A DNA stretch of 64,000 bases from Candidatus Eiseniibacteriota bacterium (GCA_963762255.1 CAVXKA010000002.1:1312001-1376000); one strand, 5' to 3'. Numbered from the stretch's first letter, positions 29,275 through 40,600 are shown. The notes: generated from the sequence alone by a model not told the origin. Translations and numbers: made by a program.

Positions 29275-30137
29275 TGTTCGTCTCCTTCCGAAGCGTCAAG
29301 AAAGAGTTGTTTGAGCCTTTCGAGGGTCGCGGGAGCGTGACCCGCATAGTGATTGTTGATGTAGACGAAAGACGGCACGCGCCGCTCGGTGAGGCGGGCC
29401 AGAAAGCGCGCCCAGCGGCGGAGCCGATCCGTGCGGTCGATGACCTCCTTCTCCCAGGTGGTGGTGATGTTTTCGATCTCCTGACGGTCGCCGAGAAGCC
29501 TCACGTAGGCGAAGTCGGCGGTCACCGGATCCATCGTGCGCTCCACTTCATCCGCGTGCGGCATCCATGCCTGATCCACGAGCACCATCGCCACACGCCG
29601 TCGCCGGCAGAGTTCGGCAAACGCCTCGGTGAGCCAGCCGCGATTGCGAATCTCCACCGCATAGCGCGGTCCCTCGGGGAGGTCGGCGAGAAACCGGTCG
29701 AGCCGTTCGAGGAAGGGAACCTCCGAGGCGAAGACCTTCCGGTTGAAGTAGGGGAACTGGATGACGAGGGGGCCGAGGCGCGGCCCCAGTCCTTCCATCA
29801 CTCTGAGGAATCGGTCTCGGACCGGATAGGCGATCTCCGGATCGAGGATCTTCGCCGGGTCCGGTGTCGCCCCGCTTCCTCCGTGCACGATCTCGCGAGG
29901 GAACTTCGCGGCGATGGTGAATCGCTCCGGGGTCTTGCGCGCCCAACCTTCCACCGTGCGCGCCGACGGAACTGCATAGTAGGTGGAATCGATCTCCACC
30001 GTGTCGTAGCGCTCGGCGTAGGTCTCGAGGAACCGCGATGGCGGCGTTCCTTCGGGATAGAACGGGCCGACCCAATCGGGCGAGGAGAACGAAGAGGTGC
30101 CCAAGCGTACAATTTCAGGAAGAGAGCGTGTCGTCAC
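29271..30137 (-). CDS. DUF72 family protein
   Basis: Motifs GTSSFS..W...FYP, TVEIDSTYY, AVEIR, YVRLLG, YINNHYAG. Confidence 0.92.
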   Translation of the reverse strand: MTTRSLPEIVRLGTSSFSSPDWVGPFYPEGTPPSRFLETYAERYDTVEIDSTYYAVPSARTVEGWARKTPERFTIAAKFPREIVHGGSGATPDPAKILDPEIAYPVRDRFLRVMEGLGPRLGPLVIQFPYFNRKVFASEVPFLERLDRFLADLPEGPRYAVEIRNRGWLTEAFAELCRRRRVAMVLVDQAWMPHADEVERTMDPVTADFAYVRLLGDRQEIENITTTWEKEVIDRTDRLRRWARFLARLTERRVPSFVYINNHYAGHAPATLERLKQLFLDASEGDEQ

Positions 30138-30422
30138 CGAAACCTCCAAGGGGACAGCTCTCCGAACGGCGGACCGCCGCATGCGCCGCTAAGGAGATCA
30201 TCATAACGCGATCGGGCGGACCGGAGAGGATCGGTCGAGTCGGATCCGACCTCGGCCGTCAACATGTCGTCCCGATCCGTTGAGTCAACATTCGCAGACG
30301 ACTCCGGTGACGATGTATCCACTTCAACGTGTAATATTTGTTGATTGTGCTGTCTATCTTATGATGTACTAGCGATCTAGTCCGCGTGGCTGCTGTCCTA
30401 CCCCAGATACGGAGGATCCATA

Positions 30423-31538
30423 ATGAGTCGGACTCGGCGCTCCAACTGGACACTGCTGCCTCTCCTTGCGCTGGCCCTCGTCCTCACCGTTACGATGTGG
30501 ACGGGTTGCGGCAACGAGCGCATGGAGACGGTGAGCGGCCCCGATCTAGCGAATCCCTCCCTTGAATTCACAGTCGACCATCCCTCGATGCGCACCGTCA
30601 TGGAAGTCCAGGATCGGCACACCCCCGATCTCTTCCAGGTCGAAGGCGTGGTCGGCACCGCCACTGCTCTCAACGAGGCCGGCGAGCCGGTCATCGTGGT
30701 CTACTTGGCCCAAGCACTCCCGAAGGGCATCATCTCCGAGCACTTCGACGGCGTCGAAGTCATCACCGAAGTGACCGGGGTGTTCCGCGCCATGAAGACC
30801 GTCACCTCTTCGCACACCGCGAAGCAGGTCGCTCCGATCCAGCTCGGCACCTCGGGCGGCTGGCGCTATGACCTCGCCAACGGCTACTGCTGCGGCGGCA
30901 CGCTGGGCTCGCTGGTCCTGAAGAGCGGCACCCAGTACGTGATGAGCAACTACCACGTGCTCGAGGCCGACATCGTCTCCGGCGGCAACAGCCGCGTCGC
31001 GACGGCCGGCGACCCCGTCGTCCAGCCCGGTCTCATCGACGTGGGCTGCGTCGCTACCAGCGCCCAGAACGTGGCCACCCTCTCCGGGATCAAGAGCCTC
31101 CCCGGCTCGAACGTGGACGTGGCCATCGCCGCGGTCATCCCCGGTATGGTTCGCACCGACGGCGCGATCCTGGAAGTGGGCACGATCTCTTCGCAGACCG
31201 TGGCCGCGTTCGTCGGCCAGCTCGTCAAGAAGAGCGGGCGCACCACCGGGCTCACCCGCAGCACGGTGAGCGGCCTCAACGCCACCGTTTCGATCGCCTA
31301 CGAGAACGAGTGCGCGGGCGGCGCCGCCTTCACCAAGACCTTCACCGGTCAGATCGTGATCGCGAACAGCCGCAGCAAGTTCCTCGCCGGCGGCGACTCG
31401 GGTTCGCTCCTGGTCGAGGACGTCACCACCAGCCCGCGCGCGATCGGTCTCCTCTTCGCCGGAAGCACGACCACCGCGATCGCGAACCCCATCAGTTCCG
31501 TGCTGAGCTACCTCGGCGCGACGATGGTCGGGAACTAG
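30423..31538 (+). CDS. Nal1-like trypsin-fold serine protease, predicted lipoprotein
   Basis: Lipobox-like WTGC; GTLG, SNYHV (His), DVAIA (Asp), KSGRTTG, GDSGS (Ser). Confidence 0.88.
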   Translation: MSRTRRSNWTLLPLLALALVLTVTMWTGCGNERMETVSGPDLANPSLEFTVDHPSMRTVMEVQDRHTPDLFQVEGVVGTATALNEAGEPVIVVYLAQALPKGIISEHFDGVEVITEVTGVFRAMKTVTSSHTAKQVAPIQLGTSGGWRYDLANGYCCGGTLGSLVLKSGTQYVMSNYHVLEADIVSGGNSRVATAGDPVVQPGLIDVGCVATSAQNVATLSGIKSLPGSNVDVAIAAVIPGMVRTDGAILEVGTISSQTVAAFVGQLVKKSGRTTGLTRSTVSGLNATVSIAYENECAGGAAFTKTFTGQIVIANSRSKFLAGGDSGSLLVEDVTTSPRAIGLLFAGSTTTAIANPISSVLSYLGATMVGN

Positions 31539-31579
31539 TCGGAAACACACCGATCGGATACAGCAGCGATCAGGACACC

Positions 31580-31611
31580 GCGCCCGCCCCTCAACGGGGC
31601 GGGCGCTTTTT
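31580..31611 (+). terminator. Rho-independent terminator
   Basis: GCGCCCGCCCC-tcaac-GGGGCGGGCGC-TTTTT. Confidence 0.85.
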
Positions 31612-31655
31612 CCGCCGGCGTCGGACCGGTGTATCATCGGAGACCTGGAGGGACG

Positions 31656-32018
31656 ATGAGCAAGCCGCGTGCAACCCGTGCCGCGATGGTAGGACCGGTC
31701 GTAGCCACGGCTTGCGCGCTCTTGCTCGCGACGGTCCCCGGCTGTCGGCCCGAGACGGCGGCCAGACAGGAGACGCAGACCATGCCGACGCGCCCCATCG
31801 AGGCGGTGCTGGCCGACCACACTCCAAGGCTGATGGCGCTACCGGGCGTGATCGGCACCTATCAAGGCGCACTCGAAGACGGCCGCCCGTGCATCGTCGT
31901 GCTCCTGCTCCATGGACACGCGGATACGCGCAAGAACATCCCCGCTGAACTGGAAGGCCATCCGGTGATCGTCGAGGAGACCGATCCGATTCGCCCGCTG
32001 GGGGAAGATTCGAACTAG
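31656..32018 (+). CDS. Small lipoprotein homologous to the N-terminal domain of the adjacent protease
   Basis: RBS GGAGGG; lipobox-like VPGC; HTP...GVIGT...GRPCIVV...EG.PVIVEET aligns with about residues 60-125 of 30423..31538. Confidence 0.8.
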   Translation: MSKPRATRAAMVGPVVATACALLLATVPGCRPETAARQETQTMPTRPIEAVLADHTPRLMALPGVIGTYQGALEDGRPCIVVLLLHGHADTRKNIPAELEGHPVIVEETDPIRPLGEDSN

Positions 32019-32049
32019 CCCCCGCCCGCTCGGTGACCCCGCGCCGTCC

Positions 32050-33594
32050 TCACCAGGTCAACAGATCGTCGCCGAGGAACCGATGGAGTTCCTGGCGCTC
32101 GGCCAGGTTCACGGCCTCGCTCCACAACTCGACCGGGTTCGTGTCGTCGGTGAGGACCTGGGCACCCTCTGTCTTGGGCTCGAAGCGGTTGTCCCATGCA
32201 TGGTTCATCTGGATCAGCATCCAGTGCGCGTAGTCGTCCTCGATGTAGTCCGCGGCATTGGGAATGGTGTTCTCGGGTAGATCGAGATCGCGATCGGATA
32301 CCAGGAGCACGACATTCCCCATCGCATCGGGGGGCTCCTGCGTCGGCAGCGCGACGACGTTGCGGAAGTGCCGCCTTAGCGTCGCCGCCACGGACCGAAC
32401 GATGGGCGTGTCCCAACCGAGGGACTGGAGGTTGACCGCCACGATGCCGTCGGGGACGAGCCGCGACTTCACCAGCTCGAAGTACTCGTCGGTGACCAGA
32501 TGGAACGGGATGACCCCACTGCCGTAGGCGTCCAGAACCACGGCCTTGTAGGGGCCGGAGTGGGTTCTCAAGTACCGGCGGGCATCCATGCACTCCACCT
32601 GAGCTTCATCGTCGCGCAGCCCGAAGTAGCTGTGGGCGAGCACGATCACGTCGGGGTCGATTTCCACGGCGTCCACCTGCCAGTGGGACGCGGCGAAACG
32701 CTTGGCGACCGAGCCTCCCCCGAGCCCCACCACCAGAGCGCGTCCTCGCTCGGTATCGAAGAGCCGGATGATATCGGTGGCCACGACGTAGGGGGCCACG
32801 GATTCCATGGTCTCCCGATCCACGATGGTGTGCTGGGATCCGCCGAGGATGAGGTAGCGCTGATCCCATCTCTCGATCACCCGAAGCTCGGCGTAGGGAC
32901 TTTCGACGAACGCCAACGTGTTGTTCCTTGCGGCGGGATCCATCCGAGGCATCAGCACGCCGGCGAAGCCGGTCAGCACAAGACAGAGGATGGGAGCGAT
33001 CGCGCCCCTTCGGGATCGGCGGTCCCCGATCATCGCCAGCGCCCCCGCGATGAGCAGGAGCAATCCGATCAGCACCGTGAGCCGGCGCACGCCCATGCTG
33101 GGGATGAGGAAGAACCCGGTGGCGATCGCGGCGACCACGCTCGCCACGGTCCCGACCGCGTAGATGTTGCCGGCTGCGCGCCCCACCTCGCCCAGGTTCT
33201 GCGCCCGCAGCTTGATGGCATACGGCGAGACCATGCCGAGCAACGTGAGCGGCGGAGCGAAAAGCACCAGCGCGGCGAGGAGGACGGCGGCCCGCAGACC
33301 GAGGGGTTCGACAAGCTCCAGCACGGGTCGGCGAAGCCAGGGCACCAGCAGCATCCACACGCCTGCGGCGGCGAGCACGTAGCCCACGCGTGCCAGGCGC
33401 GGGTTGCGATCCGCCCACCTTCCTCCCGCCGCGTACCCGGCGCTGAGGGCGGCCAGCGTTACCGAGATCAGGGCGGACCACAAGAAGAGGCTCGTTCCGT
33501 AGTACGGAGCGAGAACCCGCGTGCCGAGGATCTCGATGGCCAGAACGGCGGCTCCGGAGATCGACACGATGAGATAGAGCAGCCAGCTTCCCAT
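32050..33594 (-). CDS. Membrane-domain/spermidine-synthase-like methyltransferase fusion
   Basis: About 7 N-terminal TM segments (EILGTRVLAPYYG); SAM fold VVGLGGG, VEIDP, DAR, LDAY. Confidence 0.85.
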   Translation of the reverse strand: MGSWLLYLIVSISGAAVLAIEILGTRVLAPYYGTSLFLWSALISVTLAALSAGYAAGGRWADRNPRLARVGYVLAAAGVWMLLVPWLRRPVLELVEPLGLRAAVLLAALVLFAPPLTLLGMVSPYAIKLRAQNLGEVGRAAGNIYAVGTVASVVAAIATGFFLIPSMGVRRLTVLIGLLLLIAGALAMIGDRRSRRGAIAPILCLVLTGFAGVLMPRMDPAARNNTLAFVESPYAELRVIERWDQRYLILGGSQHTIVDRETMESVAPYVVATDIIRLFDTERGRALVVGLGGGSVAKRFAASHWQVDAVEIDPDVIVLAHSYFGLRDDEAQVECMDARRYLRTHSGPYKAVVLDAYGSGVIPFHLVTDEYFELVKSRLVPDGIVAVNLQSLGWDTPIVRSVAATLRRHFRNVVALPTQEPPDAMGNVVLLVSDRDLDLPENTIPNAADYIEDDYAHWMLIQMNHAWDNRFEPKTEGAQVLTDDTNPVELWSEAVNLAERQELHRFLGDDLLTW

Positions 33595-33789
33595 GATGAG
33601 GGGTCCTCCGCGGGTGGCGAAACGGGCGTGGGCCGAACTCCCGCGCAAGGGCGCGGCGGCCGGCCTCGGCCCCGGGCGAGGTCCGAGGCATTGTACTGCG
33701 CCCGCCGCTGTTCGCGCGCCCCGGAATGTGCGATCCTCCGCACGGCTTCGCCGGTTTGGCGGAACCCGCTTCGCTCCACATCCCTCTGC

Positions 33790-35067
33790 ATGATACGAAA
33801 CCGAACCCTCTTCATTCTGCTGTTCGTGCTGGCGGCCGTCGGCCGGCTCGCTTACATCGTTCAGTACCGGACGTACGTGGCGATCAGTTCAGGTGGCGAG
33901 ACGGAGCACGTCGCGGCCACGCTGGCTCGGTATGGATTCCTCGGAGACGCATTCGGGCCCGGCACGGGGCCCACCGCTCATCTCGCCCCGCTCTATCCGA
34001 TACTCCTCGCAGGGGTCTATCGCGTTTTCGGATCGAACACGCTGGAAGGCAGGCTGGTTCAGGAACTCCTGGCCATTGCGGTCACCAGCGCCGGCATCGC
34101 GCTCCTCCCCCTCGTGGCGCGAAAGGCACGACTTCCGCTCGCTGCGGGAATCCTCGCCGCGGTCTTCATGGCGGTGCTTCCCATCCATCTCTGGATCGAG
34201 ACCTCGGGGAGTTGGGAACAGCCCTATGCGGCGCTGGCCCTTCTGGGGATTCTTTGGTGCTTTATCTCTATGCACGAGGCCGGGTGGCGATCCTGGCGCG
34301 CAGCGGCGCTGGTCGGAGCGTTCATCGGCGCCGCGGCCCTGCTCAGCGCGTCGTTGTTCGCGGCGGGAGGCTGCATGGCGGCCGCCGCGTGGTGGAGCCG
34401 GCCGAGCGCGCGGAAGCAGGTCCTGACGCGAGGGCTGGTCCTCGCCGTGATGTCGGTCCTCGTAATCGCGCCGTGGACGATTCGCAACCACCGGGAGCTG
34501 GGGGGCTTCATCCCGCTGCGCAGCAACTTCGGTCTGGAACTCGCCGTGGGCAACAACGACAACGTCAATGGCATCGGGTACGAGCCCTCCTGGGAGGGAC
34601 CGGAACGCCCCGGGGTTCCCCCGCATCCGTTCCGCAACCCCGCGGAGGGGGCGAAGCGCCAGGCGATGGGCGAGCGGGCCTACATGGCGGCCAAGCAGCG
34701 CGAGGGGATGGAGTGGATCAGGACGCACCCGAGTCGTTTCGCGACGCTCACCTTTCGCCGGTTCATGCTCTTCTGGTTCCCCACACCGGATCTCTGGATG
34801 GCACCAACGCCGTTGCGAGGCCTCAAGGCGGCGATATCGGGCGTGATCGGCGCGGGGGCTCTACTCGGACTGGCCGGACTCTTCGCCGCGCGGCACCCCT
34901 ACCGCTGGTACTTCCCGGCCGCATTGTTCGGCACCTCGGCGGTCTACTTCGTTCTGCATGTGAGTGTGCGCTACCGATATCCGATCTTCGGCCTTTCGAC
35001 CCTGCTCGCCGCATGGGTGGTGCTTCGCACGATCGAGTGGGTCCGCAAGAGAATCCGATGCGCATGA
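33790..35067 (+). CDS. GT-C/ArnT-like membrane glycosyltransferase
   Basis: Motifs PTAHLAPLYP, IAPWTIRN, RYRYPI; multi-pass TM. Confidence 0.65.
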   Translation: MIRNRTLFILLFVLAAVGRLAYIVQYRTYVAISSGGETEHVAATLARYGFLGDAFGPGTGPTAHLAPLYPILLAGVYRVFGSNTLEGRLVQELLAIAVTSAGIALLPLVARKARLPLAAGILAAVFMAVLPIHLWIETSGSWEQPYAALALLGILWCFISMHEAGWRSWRAAALVGAFIGAAALLSASLFAAGGCMAAAAWWSRPSARKQVLTRGLVLAVMSVLVIAPWTIRNHRELGGFIPLRSNFGLELAVGNNDNVNGIGYEPSWEGPERPGVPPHPFRNPAEGAKRQAMGERAYMAAKQREGMEWIRTHPSRFATLTFRRFMLFWFPTPDLWMAPTPLRGLKAAISGVIGAGALLGLAGLFAARHPYRWYFPAALFGTSAVYFVLHVSVRYRYPIFGLSTLLAAWVVLRTIEWVRKRIRCA

Positions 35068-35528
35068 AGCGCCAGCTTCACCTGCTCCCCCTCTTGGGGA
35101 TCATCCCCTCGTTTCTCCTTGCCGCGTACTCCCTCACGCAGCCGTGGGCGCGCGGGCGTTTCATGCTCGTGCTCGGCATCTCGCGCAGCCCGGGCGCCGC
35201 GCTCCTCGTGGTCATCGTGCTGGCGGGAATGGTGGCGGTGAGCATGACCGCGGCGGCCCGGTTCCGTTATCTGACCCTGGCCGGTGCAGTGCACCTTGGC
35301 ATGGGTGCCCTTATGGGCGGCGTATCCTGGATCGCGTTCCGCATGGTGCGCCACGCCGGGGTGAAACTCCTGGGCTTCGTGCCCCTCACGTCGATCCACC
35401 CCGCAGACGGGCTATGGCTCTTTCTCGGCGCCTCGCTCATGGTGGTGGTGCTGGGCTTGGTCGAGATCGCGGTCTCCCAGGAGCGCCGGCGTCGCCGGAA
35501 GCGGATGTCGAGACTGCGGCCGGCCTGA
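35058..35528 (+). CDS. Four-TM hypothetical membrane protein
   Basis: Four hydrophobic segments; overlaps the previous stop codon. Confidence 0.6.
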   Translation: MRMKRQLHLLPLLGIIPSFLLAAYSLTQPWARGRFMLVLGISRSPGAALLVVIVLAGMVAVSMTAAARFRYLTLAGAVHLGMGALMGGVSWIAFRMVRHAGVKLLGFVPLTSIHPADGLWLFLGASLMVVVLGLVEIAVSQERRRRRKRMSRLRPA

Positions 35529-35649
35529 CCCCGGGCTCCTTCCTCCCCGCAATCAAACTCCAGGTGCTTCCCCCGCCCTGTGCCAGTACAATGCCCCCTT
35601 ACCCCTCTGAGCCTCACAACACTCCAGCCACCGACAGGGAGTCCCACCT

Positions 35650-37650
35650 GTGATTACGACCCCCACCGCAGCCATACCGCCTATCCAGGGGCGCACGCTC
35701 TTCGGTCACCCGACCGGGCTCTTCACGCTGTTCTTCGCCGAGATGTGGGAGCGCTTCTCGTATTACGGCATGCGCTCGCTCCTCGTGTTCTACATGCTGA
35801 AGGGATTTCTGGGGTACGGCGACTCCCAGGCCTACGCGGTCTACGGCGCCTACGCCGCTCTGGTCTACATGACGCCGTTCTTCGGCGGGATGCTCGCCGA
35901 CCGGCTCCTCGGCGCCCGGCGTGCGATCGTCTTGGGGGGTCTCTTCATGGCCGCGGGGCATCTCCTGATGACGCTCCAGAACACGTTCACCTTCTTCACC
36001 GCGCTGGCGTTCATCATCGTCGGCAACGGCTTCTTCAAGCCCAACATTTCCTCCATCGTCGGCACCCTGTATCCGCAGGGGAGCCCCAAGCGTGACGGCG
36101 GATTCACGATCTTCTACATGGGCATCAATCTCGGCGCGGCGATGGCACCGCTCCTGTGCGGATACATCGGCGAGACCTACGGGTGGCACTACGGGTTCGG
36201 TCTGGCCACCATCGGCATGCTCACCGGCATCGCCGTCTTCGTGGCCCCCATCCTCCTCACCCAGATCCTCATCATGATGGGCGCGGCGGCGGCGGCCCTC
36301 GGCCTCTTCGTGTTCCGCCCCGACAACGTGTTCTCCACCGCCGCCAACATCTTCATCGGGGTCTCGCTCCTGGCCGCCGCGGTGGTGGCCTGGATCGCGT
36401 TGGCTCGCGGCGGGCTCCCCGCCGAGGCGGGCGGGCCTCCCGACCGCGAGCGCCTCAAGCGGCGCAGCAAGCTCGGCCTGCCCACCGACTGGACCGTGTA
36501 CGCGGGCGCGCTCTTGAGCATCCCCGTCTTCGCGCTGCTCGTGTCGGGGCTCTCCCCCTTCACCGCCAGCGGCAACGGGCTGTCGCTGGTGCCCCCGGCC
36601 GTAATCGAGCACCTGCACGCAAGCGGGGGACGGCTCATGCAGGTTCTCGCCGTGGTGCTCGAAGAGGTCAGCAAGCCGGCCGGGCTGATCCTCATGGTGG
36701 CGGGCCTCGGCGCCCTCCTCTACGTGGCCAAACAGAGCTTCAAGCTCGACCGCGTGCCGCGCCAGCGGATGTTCGTCGTCATGATCCTCACCTTCTTCTC
36801 GTTGCTGTTCTGGTCCTTCTTCGAGCAGGCCGGGAGTTCCATCAACAACTTCACCGATCGCAACGTGGACCGCGTGAACACCGAACGCATGGTGACGCCC
36901 GAGATGGTGGGGCAGACGATTCAGATCCAGCCCACGCAGAAGCAGCTCGGGTACCACAACGGCGAGCGGATCTTCACCCTGGACCAGCTCGACGAGCTGC
37001 GAAAGGTGAACCCGGCCAAGCCCGACTTCACCGTCGACTGGACGGTCGCGGCCGACAACGTGGGAATGGGGCTTGCCGAGCGCATCGACGAGACTCCGGC
37101 CAGCACGTATCAGGCGGTGAATCCCGCCTACATCATCGTCTTCGGGCTCGTGTTCACCGCATTGTGGGGGTTCCTGGCCAACCGCAGGCGCGAGCCGAGC
37201 ACGCCGTTCAAGTTCGCGCTCGGGCTGCTCCAGCTCGGGCTCGGCTTCGGCGCGCTGTGGTGGGGCGCGCAGCATGCCGACGCGCGCGGCATGGTCGGCC
37301 TGGAGTGGCTCTTCCTGGCGTATCTGCTGCACACCACAGGGGAACTCTGCCTATCCCCCGTCGGTCTCTCGATGGTGACGCGCCTCTCGCCGGTTTACCT
37401 CGTGAGCACCGTCATGGGCACGTGGTTCCTGGCCACCGCGTTCTCGGAGTACCTGGCCGCCATCATCTCGCAGTTCACCGGCGTCGCCGGCAGCGAGGGC
37501 AGCGGCGCGATGCCGATTCCCCGAGACACGGTTCATATCTACGGCGGCGTGTTCGGGCAAGTCGCGATCGCGGCCATCGTCTGCGCGGCCGTCTGCTTCA
37601 TGCTGGTGCCGTTGCTCAAGCGGTGGATGCACGAAGGGGAGCCGGCGTAG
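35650..37650 (+). CDS. POT/PTR proton-dependent oligopeptide transporter
   Basis: Motifs EMWERFSYYGMR (ExxER), GNGFFKPNI, FYMGINLG, GELCLSPVGLS. Confidence 0.95.
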   Translation: MITTPTAAIPPIQGRTLFGHPTGLFTLFFAEMWERFSYYGMRSLLVFYMLKGFLGYGDSQAYAVYGAYAALVYMTPFFGGMLADRLLGARRAIVLGGLFMAAGHLLMTLQNTFTFFTALAFIIVGNGFFKPNISSIVGTLYPQGSPKRDGGFTIFYMGINLGAAMAPLLCGYIGETYGWHYGFGLATIGMLTGIAVFVAPILLTQILIMMGAAAAALGLFVFRPDNVFSTAANIFIGVSLLAAAVVAWIALARGGLPAEAGGPPDRERLKRRSKLGLPTDWTVYAGALLSIPVFALLVSGLSPFTASGNGLSLVPPAVIEHLHASGGRLMQVLAVVLEEVSKPAGLILMVAGLGALLYVAKQSFKLDRVPRQRMFVVMILTFFSLLFWSFFEQAGSSINNFTDRNVDRVNTERMVTPEMVGQTIQIQPTQKQLGYHNGERIFTLDQLDELRKVNPAKPDFTVDWTVAADNVGMGLAERIDETPASTYQAVNPAYIIVFGLVFTALWGFLANRRREPSTPFKFALGLLQLGLGFGALWWGAQHADARGMVGLEWLFLAYLLHTTGELCLSPVGLSMVTRLSPVYLVSTVMGTWFLATAFSEYLAAIISQFTGVAGSEGSGAMPIPRDTVHIYGGVFGQVAIAAIVCAAVCFMLVPLLKRWMHEGEPA

Positions 37651-37665
37651 AGTCGCGGGATTCCG

Positions 37666-40600
37666 TCACACCCCGCCGCGCCGCAGCGTCAACGGCCGCG
37701 CCGCGTCGGTCACCGCGCCGATCTTGGCGGCGTAGGTCGTGCCTCGCGTGATGTCGGCGTCCGTGACGAAGTGCACATCGAGGAGCTTCTCCGTCCGATA
37801 GCCGGTTCGCAGGTAGTTCATCTCGGCCAGCGATGCGTTCCAGCCGTCGAGCCAGACGTGCAGATCGTGTCGCTGGCCCTTTGAGCCGGTGAAGTGCACG
37901 ACCAGGTCGATGTCGCTGTTCGGTCCGGCAGTGGCGTTCTTGGTGCTCCCGATCACGTAAAGCGCCTTCACACCGAAATGATCGGCGTCGAGCGTGGCCC
38001 CGATCCGCTCGGCCATGCGCATGCGCCAGCGCCAGTGATCCTCGGCGGGGGCGACCGCCGAGCGGGCAGCGATTCCCTCCACGCGCGGCCCGTGCCCCGG
38101 CGCGGCGAGGAACCCGACCGCCTCGTCGAAGTCCCCGTTCATGACCACGCGCAACACGCGCCCATCCGTGTGCGCCGGGACGTCGATGACGTGCACGGTG
38201 GAAGCCAGCCCCGCGAACTCGGGGAGCAATCCGGGCAGGATGTTGCGCGAGCCGAGCAGAAACTCCTCGTTGAACACGTTCCCCGGTTCCTCCGGATAGA
38301 GCGGGATGTACCGGATCTGGGCCTCCACGAGGTCCTGGAAGAAATGGGTTCCGAAGGAGACTTCGGGAGCGAACTCGCTCTTGCGGCTGGACACCTCGAG
38401 AAGCGCGGCAGTGTTGTTGATATCGGAGTAGGTCACTCCGACCCCCAGCTTGATGTCCCCCCGGCTCCCCCACCGCCCGGGCCCGATGAGGATGAACTGG
38501 CGCTTGGGCAGGAGCTTGTTGAGCCGCCGCACGACGCCGGCGACGTCGGTGAGATCCTTGTGAGTGGGCAGCGAGGCATAGCCGGCCGGATCCACATACA
38601 CGATGTGGGTGATGTCAGGGAGCCGTCCGTTGGAGATGAAGCGGTGGGCGGAGAAGACGATGTCCTCCGGGACCAGGTCGTGGGGAATGATCCCCGGCGC
38701 GTCCTCGCGCGCGTAGCTCTGCGGGCGGCACTGCAGGAGGTACAGATCCTTGCCGTCGTGGGCGAACTCGATGTCTACCGGGGTTCCCAGCTCCTCGCTC
38801 AGGATCTCCATCACCGTGCGGATCTGGGCCACGAACTGCGTCTCGTGGGTGAGGCCGTCCAGCGTGACCACAAACTCGTCGTTGTCCCAGTCCGGCTCCA
38901 GCGCCGACGGCGTCCGCAGGCGGTCGCGATCGACCATGGAGATGATGCTGCGCACCATCGGATAGTCCTCGCGGCATTCCCGCAATAGCGAGCGCAGGTC
39001 CACGGTCTCGAACGCGTTGCGATCGAGGTTGATCACGTCGACATACCTCGGACAGTAACGCAGGACCTCGGCCATGGAGACGTTCACACGCAACTGCGGC
39101 TGGCCGGGGGAAACCAGGACCGGATAGTCGTCCCCGATGCGGTCGACCGCCCGAGTGCCCAAGCCCGGAACCAGCCGGAGCAGCCCGTCCTCGCGGCGGA
39201 TGCGCGCCGACCAGCGGAACTCGTTGTTGGTGAAGCCGACGCCGGCAAAGGCGGGGAGGAAGTAGTTCCCCACGCGCTGGCCCACCACCTCCTGGATCAT
39301 GATCCCCATTTCCTCGCGGAAGTCGAGGAGGCCGCGCTCGGCGCGGTACTCGATGGGGTCGGGGCCGAAGATCGACGCGTAGACCTCGGCGATGGCGTCC
39401 TGGAGCGCCGCGAGGCGCTCCCGCTTGCTCCCCTGATTGGCCAGGAAGAGGCTCTTGTACTTGCCCGAGAACGCGGATCCGGTGCGATCCTCGAGGAGGC
39501 TCGAGCTGCGCACGATGAGCGGACGGTCCTCGAAATCGTCGAGCACCACCGCCAGCCCCTTCACGATCTCCGGGGGCATCTGCGAATTCTTGAAGACCTG
39601 AACGATGTGCGGATAGTCCTGGCGGATCCGCTCGATGTCCACGTACTTCTGTTTGTAGAGGTCATCCAGATTGTTGTGCCGCATGAAGGCGAGCACGCCG
39701 TCCGAGGCCACGTGCCAGGTCTTGGGAACCTTGATGGGCCCGAACTGATCGAGTTGATCCGTGTGCCGCCGCAGGATGTGGTCCGCGACGTAGAGTCCCG
39801 CCGCCTTCCCTCCCAGCTTGCCCTGGCTCTGCGGCGGATAGACGACATGCCGGACCAGATCGTAGAAATCGCTGATCTGGACGTGCTTCTTGGCGAGGTT
39901 GATGTACTCGAGACGATCGGTGAAGAGCCGCTGCAGGAGCGACACGCGCAGGCTCATCTGTACCGCGGGCGGCAACTCCGACTCCTCGACCGACGCCGAC
40001 TGGTACCGCTCCACGGCTTCGATGATGTTGCCCAGATTGCTGTCCATGTTTTCGAGCGTGCGGATGAGGAAGCTCGCCTTCTCTTCCTGGATCCATCCCT
40101 GGACGCTGGACATGAGTTCGGACTCGCCGATGTTCAAGGCGGCGATCTCGAACACCCGCTGGGTGAGTTCGAGCGTGCTACGCATGAGCTTGCGGGCGGC
40201 GGGGCGATTCTCGCCGCCGGCCCCTCCTTCGCCTCCCTGGGCTCCTCCCGGCTCGCCCTGCAGGATCCCCCTCACCTCGCTCACCCCGCTCCAGGAGAGG
40301 TAGTTGACCATCTTGCGCGTGACCCGCTCCAGCAGTGCGGGATCGGTGCGCCGCATGAAGTCGATCATCACGACCCAAGCCGGGCGGTCCGGCGTGCGGC
40401 CGCTCTGGAGCGCAGCCTCCATCGTCTGGTAGGCCATGCGCAAGCGCCGCTGCAGGAGGTAGAGACCGATCCGGTCGGCGATGGCCTGAATGAGCCTGCG
40501 CTCTTCGGCGAGGAAGGGTCCCTCGTCCGACTTGGGGCGCCGCTCGGTGTAGAAGACGGTGATCGTCCCCGCCGGCTCGCCCTGAACGGCGACGTCGGCC

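Noticed and set aside
30180-30420. AT-rich intergenic stretch as an ncRNA or riboswitch
   Set aside because: No recognisable aptamer; consistent with a divergent promoter region.
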